Shown here piece by piece: positions 39,479-49,259 of a stretch of DNA of 55,571 nt; position 1 is the first letter of the stretch; each line of letters begins with the position of its first letter. This DNA is from Alphaproteobacteria bacterium (GTDB taxonomy: Bacteria > Pseudomonadota > Alphaproteobacteria > RF32 > CAG-239), in assembly GCA_045630985.1 (NCBI GenBank), contig JAZQTW010000066.1, positions 1 to 55,571 of the forward strand. The letters are read 5' to 3'. A model generated the notes under the pieces. It was not told the DNA's origin and did no database searches. It saw nothing but the letters and a program-made list of their open reading frames with translations. Both the position numbers and the translations under genes were made by a program.

Positions 39479-40666
39479 ATGTCTAAAGTTGTTATTTTGA
39501 TGATGGACTCATTTGGAGTTGGTGGGGCAAAAGATGCCTATAAATTTGATGATGATGGGGCAAATACATTTTTGCATATTGCTGAGAATTATGAGGGATT
39601 TAGTGTGCCAAACTTGGAAAAACTTGGTTTGAATAAAATTGAAGAAATGGCTAGTGGAGTTAAAGCACCGCTTAGCATTGGTAATTCAAAGCTTAGCGTT
39701 GGTTCTAAATATGGTTGTATGGAAGAAAAATCTGCCGGTAAAGATACTATTTCAGGGCATTGGGAAATGGCAGGTGTTCCTGTTTTAGAAGATTTTGGAC
39801 ACTTTAAATTAGATTATCCGTCTTTTCCTCAAGATTTAGTTGAGAGAATTTGTAAAAGAGCGGGGATTGATGGTATTTTAGGTAATAAAGCTGCTTCTGG
39901 TACGGTTATTATTCAAGAGCTTGGCGAAGAGCACATTAAGACAGGTAAACCTATTTGGTATACTTCGGCAGATAGTAATTTGCAGATTGCTTGCCATGAA
40001 GAGTATTTTGGTTTGGATAAGCTATATAAATTGTGTGAAATAGCATTTGAAGAAGTTAAACCTTATAATATTGGTAGAGTAATTGCTCGTCCATTTGTGG
40101 GAGAGAAAGCAGGGGAGTTTGTTAGAACCAAAAATAGACATGATTATGCAGTTTCTCCTTTTGCACCTACAGTTTTGGATAAGGCAAAAAAGGCAGGGCT
40201 TGAAGTTGTGGCTATTGGTAAGATTAGTGATATTTATGCAGGTTCTGGAATTACTAAAAAAGTTAAAGCTAGTGGTTTGGAAGAGCTTTGGGATAAGACT
40301 TTAGAAGAAACTAAAAACTTTGAAGGCAATGGTATTGTTTTTACTAACTTTGTTGATTTTGATATGAGTTGGGGACATAGACGTGATGTTAAAGGTTATG
40401 CCGAAGGTTTGATGTATTTTGATAAACGTTTACCTGAGATTGTAGAATATTTGGATGATGATGATATTGTTATTATTACTGCAGACCATGGATGTGACCC
40501 TACATATAAAGGAACAGACCATACGAGAGAGCTTGTACCGGTGATTATGTTTGGTAAAAAGGTTGAAGATGAAAATATTGGTAAACGTAAAACATTTGCT
40601 GATATTGCAGAGACGGTGGCTAAACATCTTGGTATTGAAGGGTTTGGTATAGGAGAAGCTTTTTAA
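39479..40666 (+). CDS. deoB: Phosphopentomutase
   Basis: MDSFGVG, GKDTISGHWE, YTSADS, NFVDFD..WGHRRD, TADHGCDPT, DHTRE. Confidence 0.96.
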   Translation: MSKVVILMMDSFGVGGAKDAYKFDDDGANTFLHIAENYEGFSVPNLEKLGLNKIEEMASGVKAPLSIGNSKLSVGSKYGCMEEKSAGKDTISGHWEMAGVPVLEDFGHFKLDYPSFPQDLVERICKRAGIDGILGNKAASGTVIIQELGEEHIKTGKPIWYTSADSNLQIACHEEYFGLDKLYKLCEIAFEEVKPYNIGRVIARPFVGEKAGEFVRTKNRHDYAVSPFAPTVLDKAKKAGLEVVAIGKISDIYAGSGITKKVKASGLEELWDKTLEETKNFEGNGIVFTNFVDFDMSWGHRRDVKGYAEGLMYFDKRLPEIVEYLDDDDIVIITADHGCDPTYKGTDHTRELVPVIMFGKKVEDENIGKRKTFADIAETVAKHLGIEGFGIGEAF

Positions 40667-40684
40667 TTACTATTTAGTTAAAAA

Positions 40685-40717
40685 GAAAACCGCCTGAATA
40701 TTCAAGCGGTTTCTTTT
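40685..40717. terminator. Bidirectional terminator
   Basis: gaaaaccgcctgaa-ta-ttcaagcggtttcttttt. Confidence 0.75.
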
Positions 40718-40732
40718 TGTGGTAGCTTTTTA

Positions 40733-41527
40733 TTAGATTTTACTTCTGTATTTAGTGTGTTTTTTAACTAAATCACGAATTTTTTCTACATCTTCAGCTG
40801 TCATTGCGTATAATGGTATAGAAAATGCTGTGTATAGATTTTTCTTACATAATACTTGCATGAATGTAAGGTTATATTTTGCATCTTCTCTTACGATTAA
40901 GCGAATGATTGAGCGAGGAGAATAAGAGTTTGTTCTTAGTTCTTCTGCATATTCTACATCTTGCCATAATAAAGGTTCGTTATGGTCTATTTTGATAGAT
41001 TTATTAGTTACTACTGCTAATTTTTGTGGTAATATAAATACAAAAATAGAAGAGATTAGTGCTAGTAAACTTAGGGTTAATGTGATGCTTAAGCCCCATT
41101 GTATGCAGTTGTATTCTAAAAGGCCTTTTTGTGCAAGAAAATCACCAAGGGCTGCGATTAGTAATGTTAGAATTGAGTATATCAAAGATAGTAATGCTAA
41201 TTTGTTCTTATCATAGTAGAACTCAATAGGTTTATTTGGGTGTAGAGCTTCTTTTATGCTATCTTTAATGCGAGAAACAGCTCTTTTTGCTTTGGTTCTT
41301 GCTGTAGTTGATTTTGATATTTTTGTTGTTTTTGCAACTTTTTCAGCAATTTTTGTAACTTTTTTAGAGGTTTGTTTTTTTGATTTAGCTTTTTCTTTAT
41401 TCTTTTCTTTTTCTACAGTTTGAATGGCTGTTGAAAGTGTATGCTCAACTATTTTTTTAGGAGCTTCTTTTACTTTTTTAACCGCATTTTTAGCTTTTGA
41501 GGTTTTGGTGCTTTCTGTTTTAGTCAT
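40733..41527 (-). CDS. Membrane protein with Lys/Ala/Thr-rich basic N-terminus, two TM helices and a soluble C-domain
   Basis: ~100-aa basic low-complexity N-terminus, two hydrophobic helices. Confidence 0.75.
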   Translation of the reverse strand: MTKTESTKTSKAKNAVKKVKEAPKKIVEHTLSTAIQTVEKEKNKEKAKSKKQTSKKVTKIAEKVAKTTKISKSTTARTKAKRAVSRIKDSIKEALHPNKPIEFYYDKNKLALLSLIYSILTLLIAALGDFLAQKGLLEYNCIQWGLSITLTLSLLALISSIFVFILPQKLAVVTNKSIKIDHNEPLLWQDVEYAEELRTNSYSPRSIIRLIVREDAKYNLTFMQVLCKKNLYTAFSIPLYAMTAEDVEKIRDLVKKHTKYRSKI

Positions 41528-41576
41528 ATCTAGTCCTTTGATAAATTAACTTCTTGAACATTATATATCATAAATA

Positions 41577-41592
41577 GTTAAGGGTAGGTTAA
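41577..41592 (-). promoter_or_regulatory. Possible CtrA box
   Basis: TTAA-CCTACCC-TTAAC on minus strand, ~50 bp upstream of 41527. Confidence 0.4.
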
Positions 41593-41683
41593 GGATATTT
41601 TTTTGTTGACAACTTTGTCTAAATATGGTATTTTGTGCTTCAAATTTGTATAGATGTGTAATTAAAAATTAAATATAATTATT

Positions 41684-42145
41684 ATGGACAGATTGAAATT
41701 AGCTTTTTTTCTTAAGCCTTTGATGCTTTTTGTGTTGACTGTAGCGCTCTATGCTATCGGCTTTTGCATTGAGAATGCGTTCTTTAGAGTTGTGATGTAC
41801 TGTGTAGCTACATTTAGCTTTAATCACTGGTACAAAATAACAGAAGTGCGTCGAGCACTTTATGCATACGAGCATAATGAAGAGTATCAGATTGGTTTTA
41901 CAATTAGACACGGATTTGGAAGGCTATGTTTTCACTTATTTGTGGTTATACTGGTCTTTGTTTTAGTTGCAGTGTTTTTTGAAACCGTTAGAATGCAATC
42001 TATTTGCTTTGCTTTGTTAGCTCTTTTGGCGTTAAGTTTGATTCTTGGTATTCGAGATATTGATATTCGACTACAAAAAGGATTTGAGGCGTTTGTTAAA
42101 GAGCAAGATGAATTAAGAAAAAAGTTTGAAGAGCTCCAGAAATAG
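41684..42145 (+). CDS. Four-TM hypothetical protein
   Basis: 153 aa; own TTGACA-N17-TATTTT promoter and terminator at 42129-42158. Confidence 0.75.
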   Translation: MDRLKLAFFLKPLMLFVLTVALYAIGFCIENAFFRVVMYCVATFSFNHWYKITEVRRALYAYEHNEEYQIGFTIRHGFGRLCFHLFVVILVFVLVAVFFETVRMQSICFALLALLALSLILGIRDIDIRLQKGFEAFVKEQDELRKKFEELQK

Positions 42146-42234
42146 GAGCTCTTTTTTTGTGTTGACATAATGGGTTTTGTATTGTATTTAGTGGGCCTGA
42201 TATTTTAAGTTTATGTCTAATACCTATAATTATT

Positions 42235-42666
42235 ATGAAGAAACAGATTGAAAGCGAAAAAGTATGGTTTGTTGTTGGTATGATATTTTTTATCGCAACA
42301 TTCCCATTGAGTGAAATCTTTAGTATCGCCTCCCTTCTTTTAGGTTTTATTTGCACTGTTGTTGCATATTACATTGCGCAGAAGAAGAATTATGAGACCT
42401 TTTATGAACTCTATATTGAGTTGGGAGTACCGTGGAAAGCTGGCTTTACAAGTAGGTGGAACATTAAACGCATAGTCATTGTTTGTGCAAGTGTGTTTTT
42501 TGTAGCTATCATTTTGGCGTTGATTGTTAATAGATTCTCCTTGATAGGATTGTTTTTAACAATTGCTATGGTTGATGTTTGGTTGTTTATTTGTATATTT
42601 TCTTACCGATGTGTTGATATGTATTTGGAGAGAAAATATAGCAAAAAATTTAACCAGAATGAATAG
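42235..42666 (+). CDS. Four-TM hypothetical protein, likely distant paralog of the previous gene
   Basis: 143 aa; shared GFTxRxxxxR and RxxDxxL; terminator at 42675-42700. Confidence 0.72.
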   Translation: MKKQIESEKVWFVVGMIFFIATFPLSEIFSIASLLLGFICTVVAYYIAQKKNYETFYELYIELGVPWKAGFTSRWNIKRIVIVCASVFFVAIILALIVNRFSLIGLFLTIAMVDVWLFICIFSYRCVDMYLERKYSKKFNQNE

Positions 42667-42803
42667 TTTAGATTGGGGTTTCTGAGGAAATCCCTTTTTT
42701 TGTGGAATATTGTGGAAAATGAGGCGTGGACTTGTTGACAGTTGAGTGCAAAAGACGTAAAAGAGGGGCATAAATGTAACTTTTTATTTATAGGAGATTG
42801 TAA

Positions 42804-44441
42804 ATGGCTGTTTCTAAAGCAGTAAGCGTACTTTTAGACGAATATAAACGTTTTTCTGATGTTAAGATGAATGATTTATTTGCAAATGATGATAAGCGTG
42901 CAGAAAAATATACTATTGAATTTGAAAATTTGGTTTTTGACTACTCTAAGAATAGATTTGACGATAAAGTTATGGAAGCTTTGCTTGAATTAGCTAAAGA
43001 ACATAACTTAAAAGATCGTATTGAAGATATGTTTAATGGTAAAAAAATTAACGTAACAGAAAATCGTGCGGTGTTGCATACTGCTTTGCGTAATTTTTCA
43101 GGAAAGCCTGTTTATGTTGATGGACAAGATGTTATGCCTGAAATTTTACGTGTTCAAGATAAGATGAAGGAATTTTCTGATGCTGTTAGAAATGGTAGTT
43201 TTAGAGGATTTACTGGTAAGAAATTAAAGAATATTGTAAATATTGGTATTGGTGGTTCTGACTTAGGGCCTTATATGGTGGCTCAAGCTCTTAGAAAATA
43301 TTGGGCAGAAGGTATTGAATGTTATTTTATTTCTAACATTGATGGTACTGGTTGTGCTGAAGTATTAAATAAGGTTAACCCTGAAGAGACTTTGTTTATT
43401 GTTGCTTCTAAAACATTTACTACAATTGAAACATTAACAAATGCTCGTACTTGTCGTGAATGGTTGGTTAAAGCATTGGGTGAAAGTGCTGTGGCTAATC
43501 ACTTTGTAGCATTGTCTACTAATGCTAAGGCTGTGGCTGAGTTTGGTATTGATACAAACAATATGTTTGAATTTTGGGACTTTGTAGGTGGTAGATATTC
43601 TTTATGGTCTGCTATTGGTTTGTCTGTAGCTATTGCTGTTGGTTTTGATAACTTTAAGGAACTTCTTAAAGGTGCTGAAGCTATGGATAATCATTTCCGT
43701 AATACACCATTAGAGAAGAATATTCCTGTTATTATGGCTTTATTGGGTATTTGGTATAATGATTATTATAATATCCACCGCTATTGTGTAATTCCTTACG
43801 ACCAATATATGAAGTATTTGCCATCTTATTTGCAACAACTTGATATGGAAAGTAATGGTAAATCTGTTCGTTTAGATAATAAGAAAATTACAGATTATGC
43901 AACTGGTCCTGCTATTTTTGGTGGTGCTGGAACTGATGTTCAACACTCTTTCTTCCAACTATTACACCAAGGAACAGAGCCTGTGCCAGTTGACTTTATT
44001 ATTCCTGCTGTTTCTCATAACGAATGTGGTCAACATCATAAGATTTTACTAGCTAACGTATTAGCTCAGGCTGAAGCATTGATGCGTGGTAAATCTGTTG
44101 ATGAAGTTGTTGAAGAATTAAAGGCACAAGGTAAAGACGAGGCTACTATTGAAAAATTGAAACTTAATAAGAGTTTTGATGGTAATAGACCTTCTAATAT
44201 GTTTGTTATTGATAAGATGACACCTTATACTTTGGGTATGTTGATTGCTATGTATGAGCATAAGGTTTATACTCAAGGTGTAATTTGGGAAATTGATTCT
44301 TTTGACCAATGGGGTGTTGAGCTTGGTAAACAATTGGCATTGAAGATTTTGCCAGAGCTAGAAAATGGCATTAGTGCTAAGCATGATAGCTCAACAAATG
44401 CATTGATTGAAAAAATTAGAGCATTAAGAGCTAATATTTAG
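42804..44441 (+). CDS. pgi: Glucose-6-phosphate isomerase
   Basis: ENRAVLHTALR, IGIGGSDLGP, SKTFTT, GGRYSLWS, QQLDMESNGK, FDQWGVELGK. Confidence 0.98.
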   Translation: MAVSKAVSVLLDEYKRFSDVKMNDLFANDDKRAEKYTIEFENLVFDYSKNRFDDKVMEALLELAKEHNLKDRIEDMFNGKKINVTENRAVLHTALRNFSGKPVYVDGQDVMPEILRVQDKMKEFSDAVRNGSFRGFTGKKLKNIVNIGIGGSDLGPYMVAQALRKYWAEGIECYFISNIDGTGCAEVLNKVNPEETLFIVASKTFTTIETLTNARTCREWLVKALGESAVANHFVALSTNAKAVAEFGIDTNNMFEFWDFVGGRYSLWSAIGLSVAIAVGFDNFKELLKGAEAMDNHFRNTPLEKNIPVIMALLGIWYNDYYNIHRYCVIPYDQYMKYLPSYLQQLDMESNGKSVRLDNKKITDYATGPAIFGGAGTDVQHSFFQLLHQGTEPVPVDFIIPAVSHNECGQHHKILLANVLAQAEALMRGKSVDEVVEELKAQGKDEATIEKLKLNKSFDGNRPSNMFVIDKMTPYTLGMLIAMYEHKVYTQGVIWEIDSFDQWGVELGKQLALKILPELENGISAKHDSSTNALIEKIRALRANI

Positions 44442-44463
44442 TTATAAGGAGGAGGAGAAAATT

Positions 44464-45687
44464 ATGTTTGATAAGATGATTTATGCACCTTTTAAGGGAA
44501 TTAAACCTATTGAAGAATTTGCTGGGCGTGTTGTTGCACCTCCTTATGATGTGTTAAGTTCTGAAGAAGCTAAGGTTAAGGCAAAGGGTAATCCTTATAG
44601 TTTTTTACATATTTCTAAAGCAGAAATTGACCTTGATGAGGGGATTTCTTGTTATGATGATAAAGTGTATGAAAAAGCTAGAGATAATTTTAATGTATTA
44701 CTTGAAGATGGTGTTTTAACTTATTCTGATAAGCCTTGTTTTTATGTTTATCAGATGATTATGGGTGAGCATAAGCAGACTGGTTTTGCAGTTGGTGCTT
44801 CTATTAAAGCTTATGATGAGGGAAGGATTAAACGTCATGAGCTTACTCGTGTTGCTAAAGAAAATGATAGAGTTAGGCAGATTAGAACAGTTGGAGCGCA
44901 GACTGGACCTGTTTTGTTAATTAATAAGGTTATTCCTGAAGTTAAAGAGTTTTTGAAGAAGGTTGAAACAGAAAGAAAACCTTTATTCTCTGTGGTTGGG
45001 GATTATGATGTGCGTCATAGTGTTTGGGAAATTAGTGATGATAAAGAGATAGAATTTATTGCTAATGCATTTAATGCGCAGAATGAAGCTTATATTGCTG
45101 ATGGACATCATAGATCGGCGGCGGCTACTAGATTGGCTAAAGAAGATGGTAATGTTGAGAATGGTCGCTTTTTAGCTATGGCATTCTTTGAAGATGAGAT
45201 GAAGATTTGGGATTATAATAGGGTGGTTTTTGACCTAAATGGTAATTCTAAAGAGGAATTTATGGATAAGGTAGTTGCTTCTGGTTTTGAGGTTAGAGAG
45301 GTTTCTTATCATAAGCCAAGTAGAAAAGGGCAGTTTATGATGTATTTGGCTCATAAGTGGTATGAGATGAATTATGTTGGTGAGCCAATTGCAGATGACC
45401 CAGTATCTAAGCTTGATGTTAGTGTTTTAAGCCAAAGGGTTTTGGATGGCATATTAGGAATTGCTGATTTGCGTAACTCTGAACGTATTGACTTTGTTGG
45501 TGGTATTAGAGGTGAAAAAGAAATAGAGCGTATGGTTGATGCTGAAGATGGCAGAGTAGGGTTTATGCTTTATCCTACTGGGGTTGATGAGCTATTATCC
45601 GTGGCTGATATGAAGATGTTGATGCCTCCAAAGAGTACGTGGTTTGAGCCTAAGCTTGCTGATGGGTTGTTAAGCTTGAAGATATAA
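44464..45687 (+). CDS. DUF1015 family protein
   Basis: APPYDV, IKRHELT, YIADGHHRSA, MPPKSTWFEPK. Confidence 0.9.
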   Translation: MFDKMIYAPFKGIKPIEEFAGRVVAPPYDVLSSEEAKVKAKGNPYSFLHISKAEIDLDEGISCYDDKVYEKARDNFNVLLEDGVLTYSDKPCFYVYQMIMGEHKQTGFAVGASIKAYDEGRIKRHELTRVAKENDRVRQIRTVGAQTGPVLLINKVIPEVKEFLKKVETERKPLFSVVGDYDVRHSVWEISDDKEIEFIANAFNAQNEAYIADGHHRSAAATRLAKEDGNVENGRFLAMAFFEDEMKIWDYNRVVFDLNGNSKEEFMDKVVASGFEVREVSYHKPSRKGQFMMYLAHKWYEMNYVGEPIADDPVSKLDVSVLSQRVLDGILGIADLRNSERIDFVGGIRGEKEIERMVDAEDGRVGFMLYPTGVDELLSVADMKMLMPPKSTWFEPKLADGLLSLKI

Positions 45688-45788
45688 TTAGAAGGGCGCC
45701 GGAAGGTGCTCTTTTTTATGATGAAAAAGCTTTACACAAGTAGTTTTATATGGTATATTTGCGGTATTGATACTGTGGAGATATATGA

Positions 45789-47021
45789 ATGGTTGTTTAT
45801 ATAGAAAATATTGCAGAATCTGCTGTAGCTATTGATGGTGAAATGAAGCAATTTCGTAATCAATATAAAAAGATTACTCCTGAATTTGCAATGCAAATGC
45901 TGGCAAAAACAAATTTTCGTGCAAATATTAAGTTTCTTCTTAAAGAGATTAAAAATTTAGAGACTAACGAGCGTAAATATTTTTCTGAATTTGTTATTCA
46001 GGCAATACATAAGCGTCAACATGATGAGAGTGTGTATAAGGAGTTAAGGGATTTAGCGATTGAATTTGGTTTAGAAAAAGAGTTTGAACTTTATGATAAA
46101 GAGAAAAAGATATATTCTCCAAGTGATTATAAAGGAATGGTTGCAAGGACAACAAAAGAGATTGAATTTTTTAGTGGTAAAAATTGTAAGTGTATTATTG
46201 ATATAAAAGAACAGGCGGATCGTGTGCGTTATCATGGTTTGAATATGGATAATGTTAAGGTTGTTCAATTTAATTATCAACCTAATACTACTGCTATATA
46301 TTATGAGCATTGTTATAACTTTGATATGAAGGTTCTTCCTAGAAAGATTTCTCTTTTGGAATTTTATTTTTGTGATTTTAATGTTGGTGATAATTTTTAT
46401 CTTAATAATGACAATATGAGAATTGTGAAATGTAAAAATCTACCCAAATTATGTAGGTTAAGAGGTGAAAAATCATATTTTCAAAATAATCATTGTTATT
46501 TTATAGAGGATGATTTTGAGGGAGTAGAATCTATTGTAGCAGATTCATTTAATGAATTTCGCTGTCATAAAGCTAAAAAATTATCTGCTAATATTGCTTT
46601 TAATAATGTTAAATTTATTTTTTTTACTGACTGCAATTTATCTAATGTAGATGAGTTGAAATTATGTGAAGATTGTAGGTTTAGTTGTGCAGGTACTGTG
46701 TTGCCTAAAAAGATGTATATTCCTAGAGGGTGTGAGGTTGATTTTGCTAATGCAGATGTTGACGGAGTGGAAGAGCTTGTATTTGATAATGCTGAAAAGG
46801 TTAGTTTTAAGGATGCAAGAAAATTGCCAAAGAAAATTGATGTATCTAAAGTTAATAATGTTGATTTTGGTGAAGATTTAGATATTTATGGGGTGGAAGA
46901 GCTTGTGTTTAGCAATGTTATACAGAAAAATAAGTTTTTAAAAGGTGTTAAATATAATAGAGGTATATCTTATACTTCTTTTTGGGGTATGGGTGTTATG
47001 GGGGTTACGAGAAGAGATTAA
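45789..47021 (+). CDS. LRR-like solenoid protein, paralog 4
   Basis: MVVYIEN..KITPEFA..TNFRANIKFLLKEI..VYKELRDLA; LPKKIDVSKVNNVDF repeats. Confidence 0.85.
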   Translation: MVVYIENIAESAVAIDGEMKQFRNQYKKITPEFAMQMLAKTNFRANIKFLLKEIKNLETNERKYFSEFVIQAIHKRQHDESVYKELRDLAIEFGLEKEFELYDKEKKIYSPSDYKGMVARTTKEIEFFSGKNCKCIIDIKEQADRVRYHGLNMDNVKVVQFNYQPNTTAIYYEHCYNFDMKVLPRKISLLEFYFCDFNVGDNFYLNNDNMRIVKCKNLPKLCRLRGEKSYFQNNHCYFIEDDFEGVESIVADSFNEFRCHKAKKLSANIAFNNVKFIFFTDCNLSNVDELKLCEDCRFSCAGTVLPKKMYIPRGCEVDFANADVDGVEELVFDNAEKVSFKDARKLPKKIDVSKVNNVDFGEDLDIYGVEELVFSNVIQKNKFLKGVKYNRGISYTSFWGMGVMGVTRRD

Positions 47022-47092
47022 GCCTTTTTTCTTTACTTTAAAAAGTTTTTGTGTTAGCTAGATTATAATTAATAAAAATAAGAAAGCTAAGT

Positions 47093-48679
47093 TTGATGAC
47101 TTCGTATTTTGTAAAAATAGAAAATTTAACGAAAAATCCTATAGAAATTGATGGATGGGTGAAAAAAGAGAGAAATAGTAATGGTATTTCTCCGCTATTT
47201 GCATATGAGGTTTTGAAGAAAACGAACCATTATGCTAATTTGAAGTTTATTATAAAAGAAATATTAAAAAAGCCCAAAGAAGAGTGGTATTTGTATAAGT
47301 CTTTTGTGCTTAGTGCTATTGAGGGGAGACTTCATTCTGAGAATGTGTATGAAAGTTTGAGAAAACTTGCTGAAGAAGGTGGTTATTTGAGAGAATTTAA
47401 TCGTCTTAATTCAAGAAGAAAAGTTTATTGGCCACAAAGCTGTATGGTAGCGTATGCATATTATGATAAAGAGAATGGTTTGATAGCTACAAATTGGGGA
47501 AAATTTGATACATTATGTATTAGAAATAAAGGAGATGATGAGGATACAGAAAGAGACGATTGGGCGCTTTATAATGCGCGTGGCGCTGTTGCTTTAGATA
47601 AGTATGCAGTATTACCGAGGTATTGTGATATCAAAAACATTCCAAGAGTAGTTTGGGGTGGATGTGATTTAAGTAGAGTAAAAGATATTAGAGCAGGTTA
47701 TAGCACCGGGATGCATTTCGAATCTGTAGTATTGAATGAATATGTTTTAAAAATAGCAAAGAAAAATCCGAATATTTACTTTTATGATTGTGATTTTGGG
47801 AAGATGCGTGATAAAAGGCTTGAGTTTGCTAAAGATGCTGAAGTTACCTTGTATAGATCTAGAAATCTTCCGGAAATTATAGATTGCTCTCATGCATATT
47901 CGTTTAAGACTGATTTAGAGTCTTATGAGGGTGTGAAAGAGATTATTTTTGGTAAAGATTGTGGGGTTAATTTTAGAGAAGTAGGTGTTTTACCTGAAAC
48001 TTTTAGATTTAATAAATGTTCAGAGATTGAGCTTAATGCTTGCAATTTTGAAAATGTTAGAGAATTTAATTTAAATGGGGTTTGGAGATTAAGTATTTCT
48101 TTTGCGAGAAATGTTAATTGTGAGATAGATTTTTCTCAGTGCAAAGAAGTTAGTTTGACAAATTTTGAGTATGATAAAAAAGTTGAATTTGCTGAAGATT
48201 CTGAAGTTAATTTATATAAAACAAAATTGTTAGGTGGTGCTGATTTTTCTAAATGTAAAAGTATTACTTTGAGCTATTTTGATTTTAATACATTAAAAGG
48301 GCAAAAACTAGAGAATTGTAAGAGTTTAAGAGTTACTCATTGTGTAAATATACCTGAAGAATTAGATGTGTCTGATATTGAAAGTGTGGGTTTTTATGGG
48401 CAAAATTTTAGAGCTGTGAATAAAATTACGTTTAAGGATAATGTAAAGGTGTTTTTTGATGTGTGTTGTTTGCCTAAAGAACTTGATTTATCTTCTGTTG
48501 GAGAGGCATTTTTTAAGAAGTGTGATTGTACTAATATTAAGAGAATTATCTTTAAGGATAGAAATCAGTTAAGGGCGTGTATTAAAAATGGTATGGAATA
48601 TGATGATCTTAAAGATAAGATAGAGATTTTGGAAAAGAAGACTTTTGATAGATTTTTAGATTTTGTTCAAGGGATGTAA
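47093..48679 (+). CDS. LRR-like solenoid protein, paralog 5
   Basis: KIENLTKNPIEID..TNHYANLKFIIKEI..LRKLAEEGGYLREF; IIFKDRNQ end motif; start may be ATG 47096. Confidence 0.85.
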   Translation: MMTSYFVKIENLTKNPIEIDGWVKKERNSNGISPLFAYEVLKKTNHYANLKFIIKEILKKPKEEWYLYKSFVLSAIEGRLHSENVYESLRKLAEEGGYLREFNRLNSRRKVYWPQSCMVAYAYYDKENGLIATNWGKFDTLCIRNKGDDEDTERDDWALYNARGAVALDKYAVLPRYCDIKNIPRVVWGGCDLSRVKDIRAGYSTGMHFESVVLNEYVLKIAKKNPNIYFYDCDFGKMRDKRLEFAKDAEVTLYRSRNLPEIIDCSHAYSFKTDLESYEGVKEIIFGKDCGVNFREVGVLPETFRFNKCSEIELNACNFENVREFNLNGVWRLSISFARNVNCEIDFSQCKEVSLTNFEYDKKVEFAEDSEVNLYKTKLLGGADFSKCKSITLSYFDFNTLKGQKLENCKSLRVTHCVNIPEELDVSDIESVGFYGQNFRAVNKITFKDNVKVFFDVCCLPKELDLSSVGEAFFKKCDCTNIKRIIFKDRNQLRACIKNGMEYDDLKDKIEILEKKTFDRFLDFVQGM

Positions 48680-48759
48680 AATATACGTTCTTATTAATAT
48701 TATATTTAGGATTGAAGTATATACTTTTTTGTAAATTTAATCTTGGAGTATATAATAAG

Positions 48760-49197
48760 ATGGAAAAAAGATATATTTCTTGGGAAGAAATTCAAGAATT
48801 AAGCAATAAAATGGCTGATATGATTAAGCAACATTGTGCTAATATTGAACAAGTTACATTGGTTGCTGTGGCTCGTGGAGGGCTTATTCCTGCACAACTT
48901 ATAGCTTATAAATTGGGTATTAGAGATGTTAGAGTGATGAAGTTGGCCTCTTATTTTAATGTTGGTGAAAGAAGTCAGATTAATGATATTTCAACGGATA
49001 GACTATTTGATGGAAAGAATGTTTATTTTATTGATGATTTAGCAGATAGTGGCGAGACAGTTAAATATATTAGAAATAAATTTCCTAATTCTTATTTGTG
49101 TACTTTGTTAATGAAGGATTGCTGTTTGTCTTATCCTGATTTTTGTGTGGAAGATGGACTTGATGGAAAACAGTGGGTGGTATTTCCATGGGATTAA
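48760..49197 (+). CDS. Type I phosphoribosyltransferase, xanthine-guanine PRT (Gpt)-like
   Basis: ISWEEI, AVARGGLIPA, FIDDLADSGET, WVVFPWD. Confidence 0.88.
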   Translation: MEKRYISWEEIQELSNKMADMIKQHCANIEQVTLVAVARGGLIPAQLIAYKLGIRDVRVMKLASYFNVGERSQINDISTDRLFDGKNVYFIDDLADSGETVKYIRNKFPNSYLCTLLMKDCCLSYPDFCVEDGLDGKQWVVFPWD

Positions 49198-49259
49198 TTT
49201 TATTGATTTTAGATTAAAAATGTGATATGATTGTGATTATTCGCTAAGGAGAAAAAATA

